The translations under genes and the position numbers were made by a program. This document shows positions 29,101 through 43,480 of a stretch of DNA of 64,000 nt, piece after piece. Each line of letters begins with the position of its first letter. Positions within the stretch are counted from its first letter, which is position 1. The DNA comes from the human T2T-CHM13v2.0 reference genome, Homo sapiens: NCBI RefSeq assembly GCF_009914755.1, contig NC_060937.1; one strand, given 5' to 3'. The notes under the pieces are model-generated. The model worked only from the letters and a program-made list of their open reading frames with translations. It did not search any database and was not told the origin of the DNA.

Positions 29101-30757
29101 CCACCAAATTCCAATGACATTTTCACAGATTTTTTTTTTTTAATCCTAACATACGTATGAAACTAAAAAACAGCCTAAAGGACCGAAGCAATTCAGAGCA
29201 AAAAGAAGAGAGCTGCAGGCATCATACTACCTGACTTCAAAATGCATTATAAATCTATGGTAACTAAAACAGAATAGTATTTGTGTAAAAACAGACACAT
29301 AGACCAAAGGAACAGAATAGAGAGCCCACTTATGTAATAAATCCACATACTTAATAGCCAACTGATTTTTGACAAAGTCTTCAAGAACATATCTCAGGGA
29401 AAGAACATCTTTTTCATAAATGGTGCTGAGAAAATTGAATATCCATATGCAGAGAAAGAAATTGGGCTCATATCTCTCTGAATAAAAAAATCAACGCAAG
29501 ATCAATTAAAAACTTAAATTAAAACTATAAAACCACTAGAAGAAAACATAGTAAAACACTTTAGGACATTGGTTTATACATTGACTAAAACATAAAAAAC
29601 ACAGGTAACAAAAATAAAAATAGACAAATGAGATTATATTAAAATTTTTCTGCATAACAGAGAAAAAAATCGACAGAGTGAGGAGATAACCTTTCAAATG
29701 GGAGAAAATATCTGTAAAGCATTCATCCTGACAAAAGACTAATATCCAGGATATACAAGAAACACAAACACCTCAGGAGTTAAACAAACAAACAAACAAA
29801 AAACCAGATTATCCCTTTAAAAACTGGGAGAAGGATATGAATAGATAACTCTTAATCATAAGGGAGATGCAAATTAGAACCACAATCAAATAGCATCTCA
29901 TCCTACTTAGAATAGCCATTGTTAAAAAGACAAAAGATAACAGATGCTGGCAAGGATGCAAAGAACAAAGGAACTTTTACAGACTGTTGATGGAAATGTA
30001 AATTACTACAGCCACTATAAAAAACAGTACAGAGATTTCTCAAAAACTAAAATTAGAACTACCAAATTATCTAGCAATCCCGCTTTCAGCTATTTACCCA
30101 AAAGAAAATAAACTAGCATATCAGGGGTACCTGTTCTTAAGTGTTTATTGCAGCACTATTCACATGAGCAAAGATATGAAATCAACCTAAGTGTCCATCC
30201 ATGGATAAAGGAATAAAGAAAATATGGTACATATGCACAATGAAATGGGATACTATTCTGCCATAAAAAAAGAATGATATCCTACCACTTGCAACAACAT
30301 GGATGAAGCTCAAAGTCATTATGTTAAATGAAATAAGTCAGGCACAGACAGACAAATATTGAATATTCTCACCCATGTGTGGAAACTAAAAAAGTTGATC
30401 TCATGGAGGTAGAGAGGAGAAAGGTAGATACCAGAAGCTGAGAAACTATGTTTGAGTGGGAGAAGAGGATTGAAGAAAGGTCGGTTAATGGGTAGAAACA
30501 TAAAGTTAGATAGAATGTATAAGTTCTAATGTTCGACAGCAAAGTAGAGTGACTATAGTTAACAACAATGTATTAAACACTTCAAAATAGGTAACAGCTA
30601 GGACTTGAAATTTTCACCACACACAGAAATGATAAATACTCAAGCTGATGGATACCCTAAATACCCTGACTTGGTCCTAACACATTCTATGCATGTAACA
30701 AAATAGCACAGGTACCTCATAAACACGTAAAATACGTGTTTATTGGATCAATAAAAC
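26140..30757 (+). mobile_element. L1MA4-like LINE-1 with RT region deleted
   Basis: 5'UTR, ORF1 remnants (27130-27324), endonuclease region, jump near 29005, 3'UTR GATGGATACCCTAAATACCCTGACTTGG..AATAAAA. Confidence 0.88.
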
Positions 30758-30913
30758 AGCTCCTCTTTGTCTTGAACTGTTTTCATTAATCCTTTACGTA
30801 TGCATAATCCCTTACCATCTCCAACAGAAATGGAAACCCACTTTTAATTCCTATGTCTCAACCAGCGTTTATAGTCACATTTAGTCTTCTTTTGGCATGA
30901 GGCTGTTTCAGTG

Positions 30914-32135
30914 TGTAATGAGGAATTTGACTGGTTTTAGCCCTGGTTCCTGAGAGATAATGTTTAAATCTTTGGAATTTGTCCAGTAATAGGAATGTAT
31001 TTATTATTCATGGTGAATCTCTCATGCCACACCTGATAGTTTATGCTAAGTAGGTGACTCCAGTTGGGCCCCTAGTTTATGCTAATAATATAACTAAACA
31101 TGGAGCTGGCCACAATAGACTAATCATATGATTAGAGGATTTGGGCTTCAAGCCATATGATATCAACCTGATCTCTATGGAGAAAAGGGAGGATTGAGAT
31201 TCAGTTTGACCACATCTATTAATTTAGTCAATTATACTTATCTAATGAAGCTACATGAAAAACATAAACAGTGAAACTTGGGTAACCTCCCTGGTTGGCT
31301 ATACTCTGGTTGTTGTTACACATTGATGTGCCGGGAGGGCAATAGATCTCTGAGGATGACAGAAATTTCATGGTTTGGGTACTCTCCAACCTTGCTTTAT
31401 GTGTCTCTCTTTGAATGGTTCTGATTTATACCTCTTTTCCTATAATAAACCTGTAATTGTCAGGCCTCTGAGCCCAAGCGAAGCCATCATATCCCCAGTG
31501 ACCTGCACATATACATCCAGATGGCCTGAAGCAGCTGAAGATCCACAAAAGAAGTGAAAATAGCCTTAACTGATGACATTCCACCATTGTAATTTGTTTC
31601 TGCCCCACCCTAACTGATCAATGTACTTTGTAATCTCCCCCACCCTTAAGAAGGTTCTTTGTAATTCTCCCCACCCTTGAGAATGTACTTTGTGAGATCC
31701 ACCCCCTGCCCGCAAAACATTGCTCCTAACTCCACCGCCTGTCCCAAAACCTATAAGAACTAATGATAATCCACCACCCTTTGCTGAGTCCTTTTTCGGA
31801 CTCAGCCCACCTGCACCCAGGTGAAATAAACAGCCTTGTTGCTCAGACAAAGCCTGTTTGGTGGTCTCTTCACATGGACACATGAGACACTAATAATAAG
31901 TATGAAGTGTTCTGAGTTTTGTAAGTCATTCTAGCAAATTTTCTAACCTGAAAGGATAGGAACCTCCAAAATTTTAGCCCTCTGTTCAGAAGTAAAAGTA
32001 GCCTAGGAACCCCAAAATTGTGGCTTGTGTCTGCAGTAAGTGGCTGACTGTGAATGCATTGTGGAGAAATATTCTTTCAGACTGTGAAGTTTGGTCTAAT
32101 ACTAGGTAGTTGGAGCCAGAAGTATTTGCACCTGG
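30914..32135 (+). mobile_element. MER21C-like LTR, split by LTR7
   Basis: CCCTGGTTCCTGAGAG..TTTGGAATTT..TTATTCATGGTG; resumes after 31894. Confidence 0.7.
31458..31889 (+). mobile_element. HERV-H solo LTR (LTR7B, type II)
   Basis: TGTCAGGCCTCTGAGCCCAAG start; type II repeats TACTTTGTAATCTCCCCCACCCTT; AATAAA; CA end; 5-bp TSD GTAAT/CTAAT. Confidence 0.93.
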
Positions 32136-32154
32136 GATGTTACATAGCTGTGTC

Positions 32155-32510
32155 TGTCTTAGTCAGTTCAGGCCACTAAAACAAAATGCCATAGACTAAG
32201 AAACTAACATTTACTTTTCACAGTTTTAGAAGCTGGAAGATTCAAAATCAAGGTGCTGGCAGATTCAGTGTCTGGTGAGGGCCCTCTTCTTAATCTGCAG
32301 ATGGCTATCTTCTTGCTGTATTCTCACCTGGAGGAAAGTGAGATCCTGTATCTGTTTTACAAAATCATTAATTCCATCGTAAGAATTCCACCCTCAGGAA
32401 CTACTGTAGCCATAATTACCTCTCAAAGACTCCACCTACAAATACCATCACATTGGAGACTAGAACTTCAACATGTGAATTTGGAGGGACAAAAACATTC
32501 AGTCCTTAAG
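32155..32510 (-). mobile_element. MLT1A/MLT1A0-like MaLR LTR
   Basis: TGTCTTAGTC..TCAAGGTGCTGGCAGATTCAGTGTCTGGTGAGGGC..AACATTCAGTCC. Confidence 0.8.
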
Positions 32511-32533
32511 ATTGTCCAAAGAGTAAACCATAT

Positions 32534-35230
32534 TGAGACAGGCTTTTTCCCTTGACCTGCCCCCTTCGTGGGCAGGAACTGGAGTGGCTCATTTCACTCA
32601 GCCCACCACTGGCCACTCCTTGCAACAGGGAGCCGGCGAGCAAGCGAATGCGGGAACCAGAGGGAACGAACTCTGAAACCAGCCGGCCACTCCTCTCTGG
32701 CCCGAGCAAGCTCTGTGTGCGCCCTACAGCAGTGTCCAAGCCCCCGCCCTCTTGGCACTTGGGTTCTTGTTCTGCGTCCAGGAAGAATTAGATCACATGA
32801 AGGGATTAAAAGGTAGTGTATGCAGAGGATTTTAATGGGTGATGGTTCTCAGTGGGACGGGAGTTGGAAAGGGGATGGTGTGGGAAGAAAGTGATTTTTC
32901 CCTTAAGCTGCACAATGTGAAGATAGTTGCGTCTAGGCGTAGTCTCTGACACTCAGCTGCTTGCACTCCCAAATACTTGCATCAACCGCTTGTGTAGAGC
33001 TGCCAGCTGAGGTCTTTTTATGGACACAAGATAGGGGCATGGCAGGCCAAAAAAGCAACATTTGGGTAGGAAAAACAGGGACAGCTGTTTTCACTTAAGG
33101 CTTAAGGGTGGGGTTTAGTTGGGAGCCCAGCCATTCTGTGTTATTTCCCCCCTCTGAAGAGGCACATGTAACTGCCATTAGAATATGGATGACTGCTCTT
33201 AGCTACTTCGTGCTGAAAAAGGGCACTGTTTGGGGAAATCGGCAGTCAGATTCCTCCCAGAGGCCTACCCAAGGGTCACTGGTAAAAAGGAGCCATCATC
33301 CAAAGCTCCAGCTGCCTGCCCATTTTGGAGCCTCGATGGCCTCTAGGCAAAAGAAAAAACAAACTTCACAAGTTTAAGTATCCATGGATCAAACGTGTAT
33401 CATACAAGGAAAGAATCTAGTGCCAAAAATCTCAGAAATAAGAAGTGAAATATACTAAGTACATTGCACCTTGAGATGTCTCACTTGGTGAAAGAAATTA
33501 AACCTTATATGGGAGTGATTAAACTTTAAGAGAGAGGTAACTATTCTTGCCATATCTCTAGCAGTTAACAGGTGAACCTTAGGAATTCTCGGGTTTGTAG
33601 GCTTGCATGTTGGCCATTAAAGCTTTTGCCTCTTTCTTGTGTCTAAAAGACCGAGGGGGGTACTTTCAGCAGGTCCTCTAAAGGACTGTCTTGTCCCAGG
33701 GTCCGTTTCTGAATATAAACTGGAGGTAGTCAAGTTTTTTGGTTGTCCATTCTGAAAGACAGGAAATTTGGCATCCCCCATTCCCTTCCTTCCTTCAGTG
33801 AAAACTCAGGTGTGAGGGAGAAAGAAAGTGGATGAATTCCCTTTCCTTTTGTGTCCGTATCCCCGAGTTCCAGTGACCTTGGCAGGTGCCACCTATGGGT
33901 ACCAAAGCGGCTTTCACCCATGTTGACAGGGGAGCCTAAGGGGTAGGAATATCCGCTCTTACGCACATACACCCTATCCCCCCTGCTGTTGACAACCTTT
34001 GAGTTCCCTGGGCCTCATCTATACCATGGAGCATGGCCTCCTTCCGTGAAGCTAGGGTTTAATTGGTAGGAATTGGTCCTGCCCATTTACACTGTGCCTG
34101 TTGGCTGGCTTTGGATCCCTCTGATATGGTTTTCCTTTCTAGGGCTTCAACCTGAAGCTTGAAATCAAATTTGAGGAAAAAGAAAGTATTTCAGGGGCTG
34201 CTTGGGAGTCATTTAGATGTCCCAGACAAGCTTTGCCAAATTTGCCATTATCAGCCAGCAGGGGACGCTCCTCTGTTTCCTCCTTATTCTAGCAAAGCGC
34301 AGAGGTTGGAAAAGAATCCTCTCACTTAGAAAAAGACGCAAAACAACTTAAAAGTGCATAAGGGGTTGGGGGCAGGGGTGGGGAAAGAGCCTCTTGCTTT
34401 GTAGAAAGGTTCCTTTAATAACTATTCAGACCGACTAGACCTCCGTGAAGGGAAACAGAGCCAACATTCCTTTTACTTGATGGGAAGGGAGAGATGGTAG
34501 GGTCTTGGAAAAGAGGCCGATCCAACAGTTCTGAATTTAAACTCACCCTTTTTCGTATCTCTGACGGAGCCCCAGATGAGACAGGATTGTTCCCTTGCCT
34601 CCTTCATGGGTGGGAACTGGAGTGGCTTGTTTCACTCAGCTCACCGCTGGTGACTCCTCCTGAGAGGGAGTAAGCAAGCGCGGGAACCAGTGGGAATGAG
34701 CGCTGAAACCGGCCGGCCACTCCTCTCTGGTGGGAGCAGGCTGTGTGTGGCCCCGCAATAGCATCGAACCCCCGGCCCTCTCGGCACCCAGGTTCTTGTC
34801 CGGCATCCAGGAAGAATCAGGTCACATGAACAGATTGAAGGGTAGTATATGCAGAGGATTTTATTGGATGATGGCTTTCAGCAGGATGGGAGTTGGAAAG
34901 GGGATGGCGTGGGAAGAAGGTGATCTTTCCCTGAAGCCACACCATCTGAAGTTAGCCGCATCTATCCATAGTATTTGATGCTCAGCCGCTTGTACATCCG
35001 ACATTCACCAGTTTGTATCCCCAACGCTCTGCTGCTTGGATCCCCAACCACTTGCACCAGCGGCTCGTGTTGCTCTGCCAGCTGAAGTCTTTTTATGGGC
35101 ACAGGATTAGAGCATGACAGGCTAAAATAGCAACATTTGGGTGGAAAAATAGGGTCAGCTGTTTTCACCTGGGGCCGTGGTTCTAGGCTTGAGGGTGGAG
35201 TTTAGCCGGAAGCCCAGACGTTCTGTATCA
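32534..35230 (-). mobile_element. Two-LTR non-autonomous ERV1 provirus (LTR27/LTR28-like, HUERS-P-type)
   Basis: Direct LTRs 32534-33143 and 34577-35230; 4-bp TSD ATAT; Pro-like primer binding site TGGGGCTCCGTCAGAGAT; polypurine tract AGAGGGGGGAAA next to the 3' LTR. Confidence 0.88.
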
Positions 35231-36149
35231 ATATCTCAAACCAAATATTCAGTATCAACAAGCTTTAATTCTGTGAATAATTTCTGGACTTTATGAAAGT
35301 TCCTCTGAAAATTTTATTCATGGAACATAAAACCCACCACAACTGCCAATTAATGATTATAACTTCTCAAGGAAAAGAGATGGGACTATGATTATTTTCT
35401 ACTGTCTTCAAAGCAAGGTGCTTTAAGAATATATTACTCATTCTGGAAGACACTACGAAATTTGTGACATAAATATTTTTCAGATTTCTTCCAATTTCTT
35501 TCAATACATTTTTTTTCTGTTTAGAAATAACACTAATACGCTTTTAATATCTTAGTATAATTTATAGGTTAAGTGTGTAATCTCTAGTGTCAGATTGCTG
35601 TTGAATTGCAGGGAAATATTTTCATTTTTTGCATGATCAAAGCTCTCTGATCAGAGAAAATTAATATAAAGCTAAAGAACATATCTTTTTCCTTATAGAT
35701 ATATTTGTTCTTTGCATTCTAAGGTGAGAGATGATGCAGAGTCATGTGCTTATTTGTTAAAAGGGGGTTAAACCCATAGCCATTGGTTTACTATCCCAAG
35801 GGTTGTGAACATCAAAGGAACTTCTTTTCTCCAAAATATGAATTATTTACATTAGAAAATTAAGGTCCTTTTTCCTTTTTTATCTCTCAGGAGATGCTAT
35901 TGTGGAACATTCTTATATAAGTTCTAAAATTCATATTTTGGGGGGGTTCTATTTTTGTCTTGCAAGAACTTACTTTTGCACATGTAGGATCTGTTTCTCT
36001 TCATCTACTCATTTACACCATAGAGGAGAGAATTGGACATAAGAAACTTCAACAGTTTTTTGTGCTTAGTAATAAAACCTATGATCTCTGATACAGGAAA
36101 CTCATGTTTGATATCCAGAAAAATAAATCAATATAGATATTAAAAACTT

Positions 36150-36340
36150 ATTAACTGGATGGCTTAAGTGCTCAGCTGTGAATGTTTTCTCCTCTATAGA
36201 TGTATGCATGTTTGTTAATCTTTCTGTGCCTCAGTTTCCAGTATAGAATAGAAGCCCCAATTCTACTTACCTAAGAGGGTTTTGTTAGCTTTAAACACAT
36301 TATATAATGTATTTAGAGAAGTGACTGAAACATTGTGGTA
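36150..36340 (+). mobile_element. MIR
   Basis: TAATCTTTCTGTGCCTCAGTTTCC core. Confidence 0.7.
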
Positions 36341-36505
36341 TTAAATCATCACTTATGCTACATTTGTTATGCAACAGGCACAATTTTAATTGCCTTAACA
36401 AATAGTAAATCCTATGACAACCTTATGAGGTAGATGATATTGTTAGTTATATTTAAAAATTGGAAAACTGGAGAACAGAGATATTTTACAAATTTCCTAA
36501 GGTTA

Positions 36506-37156
<651 letters not shown>

Positions 37157-39868
37157 GGTTACACAGCAGATAGGAGAAAGAGCTAACATCTGAATACAGG
37201 TAGCCTAGTTTCAAGGTCAAACTAAGTAAACATTTTTAATATTAGCTCAGTAAATAGTAGTTGTTGTCATTATTATGATCAAGGTTTAAAAAAAATAAAA
37301 GAAGACCATCAATTTTCTTCAAATGCCTGAAGACAGGTAATAAAAAGATTCAGAGTATTTTTTCATGACATATTTAGGTTGCCTTACTCATCCTGCTAAG
37401 TAACTCATGTATACTTCTTCAATGAAATGACTGAAAACTCTGATGAAGCGTGTCTTATTTTGGATCCAAGAATCACTAAACCAATTTCCAGCAGAAATCT
37501 GAACTTTGTCCAAACCTAAGAAGGCCCTTAGATTCTGTTCTATTTTATGCCCCACATTTTCTCTGAGGAAATGAGTAGACAGCTGAAGATTTGAAAGACT
37601 CAGTGTGTGAGGGAAGGAAAAAAATAGAGACAACAATTGGCTTATATATAACACTATAAAACACTATCTGTTTCCATCTTAGTGTTTCTTAAAATAAATT
37701 TCCTTTTCTCTTTATTATTGATGATAAATAAACAATTAATTTTGTTCTTGCTAAGTCTGGGGCTAACTACATATACTTGGCTATATTGAACAAACACACC
37801 CATATAATATTAAATCTGAAATACTTATGTATTTCTGATCTAGTACTAGAATTATTGGCATAGGTCCCAATGCTTTAAAAAATGACTTTTCATTCAACAT
37901 TTTTTTCTATCACTTATGCCATTTTCTTATGTTGGTATATGGTAAAGGACTGACTGTTACAGTGTATATGATTCTCAGCAATACTTTGCCTCTAGCTTTT
38001 ACTGTCTCTGTGGGCTTGCTATTGGAAAGAGGAACTCCATCATTCCTTTTGTACTGACTGCAACACTAAACTTTCCAGAGAGATCAATCTACTTGCAATT
38101 TGCAGTTGTGGCTGGCACTTTATTTAATGCCTCTTGGTGACAGAAAATGGAGTAACACTTGTTCTAAAATGTTTTGTGCTTTCGTAGTGCTCCCTTGTTG
38201 TTAGTAAAAAGCATAGTTATTCTTCCATTTCAGAAGCATGTTAGCAAGTGTATTAGAATAACTAATTATAGCTACAACAATTATAACTCTAAATTATAAA
38301 TTCATTAAGGTCACCATTTATATGTAATATTTCATTAAAAAGAAACTTGAAGTTCAATTTACTTTTTCTACCATGTAAGAAAAAGTTACATGGTTCAGCC
38401 ATGTAACCATGAACATTGTTTTAAAGAATTTGGAGAGTTATTTAGATAACCTGGAACAATGCAATTAAGATTTTGATTTCTGAACCCAAGACAGATAAAT
38501 GAAAAAGAAAACAACAAAACACACAAAAAAGCATATTTATTGAGTAAAGTAATAAGAAGGCAGAGCATCACTAAAAGATGTTCATCTCCTTCTGCCACTT
38601 CAATTGTCACTCTGTCACTCAGCTTAAATGGTTGTTAGTCACTCACCCACAGGATCACCAACACAATTTCTTAACAGTGTGAACTCAGGAGGGTAGTTGA
38701 GGCTTTAAATATATCTTTTTATCTTAAAATTTTTGAATGGAGTATCTGTGTAAAATAATCAAGAATGATAATTAAACTATAGAAAACCCTTTACAATTAA
38801 TTCACCATAAAGACTTCCAAAAATGAAAATGAATAAGGAGAAAAAATCATAGTTTTATAATAATGATTATATAAATATTCCTGATAAAATGTATGACTAT
38901 GGTACAGGATAACTTTTGCTTATGCATAATTTATCGAGAGATTATACCTTACCGAATAGTTCTTATGGTTTTTAAAATTAGAATTGTTAGTAGTATTCCT
39001 ATTGAAAAAAAAGACTGCATTTCTGGTTTTACTAGTTTGTTATGTTTTATTTTCTACAAGACTTTGAAGGCCAAATGTTATCTTAAAGTATACATAACAG
39101 CTAAGGAATTTCATGTAACTGATTGAGGTTCCAGTGGAGTTACAAAACCTGAAATTCCACTTATTTTCTATTTCTTCAAGAATAGATAACAGTAGAAAAG
39201 TAAAGTTTATTATTAATGTAGGTTGGTCAGGATTGTGGCCTGAAAAATTTTGATACAGACTGTAAGCTGAATACTCAGAAATGCAGAAAAGTACATGTTT
39301 ATGAAGTAAATAAATATATATCTTTTATTTGAGAAATAATACACTCCTTTATATATTTTTAGGATGCCCTGAAAAAAATGTGGCAATACACAAGATTAAC
39401 AAATGCACTCCAATTTTAAGGAAAAGCTTTATTCAATTTTATGGTTCATATTAATTGAGACATATAAATTCAAGTTGAGCATTAAGAGTAGTTCAAACAT
39501 GCATAATGCTCAATTTTATTGTTCACACATAAAGATTTTTCTAAACTTTGATTACTACAACATGAAACTCACTTATATCACTTAAAACTTGAGATAAAAG
39601 CTGCCACTTTGTTTAAGTGTTCTCATTATTTTTTCTTAAGTATATATTATTTTATTATAAATGGAAAAATGCTGGTTCAGAATTCAAACAATAAACTTTT
39701 TCTTAGTCCATCCATCCAATGCACGTGGGATTGCTTATGGCAATAATTTATCCTATGTGACCTCATTCATTTTTTAAATAGTATACTAATAATTGTTCAC
39801 ATTACTTAGAAACTTTATCAAAGGGTGTGAATAAAATGATCTACAAAAGTCAATCACTTTCCTATATA

Positions 39869-40983
39869 CAGGCATACCTTGGATGTATTGTGAGTTTAGT
39901 TCCAGACCACTTTAATAAAACAAATGTCACAATAAAGCAAGATACATACAATGTTTTCCTTTCCCAATGCAAATAAATGTTTACACTACATGGTAGTTTA
40001 TTATGTGTGCAATAGCATTTGTCTAAAAAATAATGCACATGCCTTAGTTTAAAAATACTTTGTCACTAAAAATTGCTAATGATCATCTGAGCCTTCAAGT
40101 TATAATATTTTTGCTGGTGGAGAGTCTTGCACGGATATTGATGGCTGCTGACTGATCAGAGCAGTGGTTGCTGAAAACTGAGGTGTCTGGGGCCATTGCT
40201 TAAAATAAGAAATTAATAAAATTTGTTGCATTAGTGGACTTTTTCTTTCATAAAATATTTCTCTGTACCATGTGATACTCTTTGCTAACATTTTAACAAC
40301 AGTAGAAATTCTTTCAAAATTGGAGTCAATTCTATCAAAACCTACCACTGCTTTCTCATCTAAGTTTAGGTATAATATGTTGCCATTTCAACAATGTTCA
40401 CAGAATCTTCACTTGGAGTAAATTCTATCTCCAGAAACCACTTCCTTTGCTCATTCATAAGATGCAATTACTCATTCATTGAAGTTTTATCATGAGACTG
40501 CAGAAACTCAGTAACCTCTTCAGGGTCCACTTCTAATTCTATTTCTCTTGCTATTTCCATCACATCTGCAGTTACTTCTGCCACTAAAGTAATAAACCCC
40601 TTAATGTAATCAATGAGGGTTGGAATCAACTTATTTCAAACTCCTGTTAATGATATTTTGGCCTCCTTCCATGAAGTAGAACATTTATCAATTACATTCA
40701 CTGTCATATGAGCAGTTTGTGGTACCCCAAAACAACTACAATAATATCAAAGACCTATGATAGTGATCACGGATCACCATAACATATATAACAATACTTA
40801 AAAATTTAAAATATTGTGAGAATTATTAAAATGTGACACAGACACACAAAGTGAGCACATGCTATTGAAAATGTGGCATTGATATACCTGCTAGATGCAG
40901 GGCTGCCACAAACCTTCAGTGTGTAAAAAGTGCAATATCTGCAAAATACAACAAAGTGAATGCAATAAAATGAGGTATGCCTG
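39869..40983 (-). mobile_element. Tigger1 DNA transposon, internally deleted
   Basis: Terminal inverted repeats CAGGCATACCT / AGGTATGCCTG; TA TSDs; transposase C-terminal remnant ORF 40100-40348. Confidence 0.9.
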
Positions 40984-41199
40984 TATCAGCAATGAACAAG
41001 TAAAATTTGAAATTAAAAGAACAATACCATTTACACTGGTATTACCCAAAATTGAAATACTTAGGTATGGACATAGCAAAATATGCAAAAGATCTATATT
41101 AGGAAAACTACAAAAATTTTATCAAAAAACCAAATGACTAAATAAATGTGGAGGTACACCATGTTCATGGATAGGAAGATTCAATACTGCCAAGATGTC

Positions 41200-41544
41200 T
41201 GCTATGTTCTGAATATTTGTGTTCCTTCAATTTTATATGTTGAAATATAATCTCCAATGTGATAATACTAAGAAATGCGGCCTTTTCAGAAGGGATTAAG
41301 TCATGAGGGTAAGGCCTTCATAAATGAAATAAGTGCCTTATGAAAAGAGACTTGAAGCAGTTTCTTTGCCTCGTCCAACATATAGACACAACTAGAAGGC
41401 ACCATCTGTGAAGCAGACACCAAAGATACTGGTGCTCTGATCTTGTGCTTCCCAGCCTCCAGGACTGTGAGCAATTAATTTTTGTTGTTTATACATTACT
41501 CAGTCTAAGATATTTTGCTATTGCAATCTGAATGGACTAAGACA
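41200..41544 (+). mobile_element. MLT1A0-like MaLR solo LTR
   Basis: TGCTATG..GGACTAAGACA; 5-bp TSD ATGTC/ATGAC. Confidence 0.85.
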
Positions 41545-43024
41545 ATGACTGTTCTTCACAATTTCATCTGTAGATTAAATGCAGCCTCAAACAAAATCCT
41601 AGCAGGTTATTTTGTGGATATCAACAAATTTATGTTAAAGTTTTTAGGAATCAGCAAAAGACTCAGAATCACCAAAACAATATTGAATGTGAAAAAATTG
41701 GGGAGAATAATACCACTCAACCTCAAGACTTAATGCAAAGTAACAGCAATCACAACAGTGTGATATTAGTAAAAGGACAGGCAAATAAATCAGTGAAACA
41801 GGATAAAGCATCGAGAAACAGTCAGGTAAATATACCCAAATGATCTTTGTCGAAGACGACTGGTAATCTAATGAAGCAGATATACCTTTCAACAAAGGGT
41901 ACTAGAATAAGTGGATATCCTGCTGCAAAAACAAATAAATAAATCTAGATACATATGTTACTTTACAAAAATTAACTCACAATAGATGATAGAGCTAAAT
42001 ATAAAAGGCAAATTTATAAAACTCTTAGAAGATAACATAGGAGAAAATCTAGATGACTTCAGGCATGGTAATAATTTTCAAATTAATTTAAAATTTTTAA
42101 AATTTACTATTTTAAATTTTAAAAATAATTGTTTGGTTCTGAATTTTAAACCCAAAGGAATGATTCATTTAAAAAGTTGATAACGTGAAATTCATTAAAA
42201 TTAAAAATTTTCTCTCTACAAAAGAAACTACTAAGAGAAAAATAAGATAAGCAACCAATGGAGAGAACACATTTACAAAAGATATCTGATAAAGAACCTA
42301 TCCAAAATATACAAAGGACTCTTAAAACTCAATAAAGGAAAACAAATACCTTAATTAAAAAAATGGACAAAAGACCTTCACAGATACATTGCCAAAGAAA
42401 ATATAAAGATGGAAAAGAAACATAAGAAAAGATGCTCCGCAGAATATTTTATCAAAGAAATGCAAATTAAAACATCAATCACATGTTAATACACACCTAT
42501 CAAAATTACTGAAATCCCAAACACTGACAACATCAAATGTTGGTGACAATGTGGAGAAACATAAACACTCATTTATTGCTAATGTAAATGCAACATGATA
42601 CAGCCACTTTGGAAGATGATCTGGAGATTTTTTACAAAACAAAACATACTCTTACCACACTATCCAGCAGTCACATTCTTTGGTGTTTACTCAAAGGTGT
42701 TGAAACTTGTATCCACACAAAAATCTGCATACAGATGTTTATGAAAGCCTTATCTATACTTGCCAAAATGTGGAGGCAACCAAGATATTCTTCAATAGAT
42801 GAATGAGAAATAAATAGTGGTACATCCAAACCATGAAATATAGTTCAGCACTAAAATGAAATTTGCTTTAAACCATGAAAAGACATAGAGTAATCTTAAA
42901 TGCATAATAGTAAATGAAAGAAGTCAATCTGAAAAGGCTAATAATGTATAATTCAGACTAGATGACATTTTTGAAAAGGCAAAACTATGAAGATGGTAAA
43001 AAGATCAGTGGTTGCCAGGGTTGA

Positions 43025-43226
43025 TATAAAAGTGAGCTCTCTCTTTTATGGGCTCTTTCACCTTCTACAGTGGAATAATGGAGCAGTGGAGCCATTGCAG
43101 GGAGCTGACAACATCCTCTTGGGCTTCCCAAACACTAGAACTGTGAGCCAATTAAGCCCCATTTTTTAAAAGTGAATTACTCAGATGTAAATAATCTGTT
43201 ATAGCAGCAGGAAGCAGACTAAGACC
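43025..43226 (+). mobile_element. MST-type MaLR LTR 3' fragment
   Basis: AGAACTGTGAGCCAA..TCTGTTATAGCAGCA..GACTAAGAC. Confidence 0.65.
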
Positions 43227-43239
43227 AGCAGAAATAAAA

Positions 43240-43480
43240 CAACCAACAGTTATTGAGATCTTAGCATGTGCTAATTACCTTTCAGAGATCTTTATTTGTA
43301 TGAACTTACATAATACTCATACCAACCTTATGAACATGTGATGTTATAATTCCTATTCTATCCGGGAGGAATTTGAGGCACAGAGAGACTTTGTAAACTT
43401 CTAAATAGCATTTCAACAAAATGGTAGATCCAGGTTTAAACCTGGGTACGCTAGCTTCAGTGTCTGTGCTCTCCTAACAA
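43240..43480 (-). mobile_element. MIR
   Basis: CAACCTTATGA..GAGGAATTTGAGGCACAGAGAG. Confidence 0.7.

Larger units (their letters stand above)
39790..43020 (+). mobile_element. L1MC1/2-like 3' half, split by Tigger1 and MLT1A
   Basis: ORF2 3' sequence contiguous across both insertions; 3'UTR AAAGGCAAAACTATG..AAGATCAGTGGTTGCCAGGG. Confidence 0.8.

Noticed and set aside
35690-36135. Possible old LTR (AATAAA, LTR-like composition)
   Set aside because: Could not identify termini, TSD or family.
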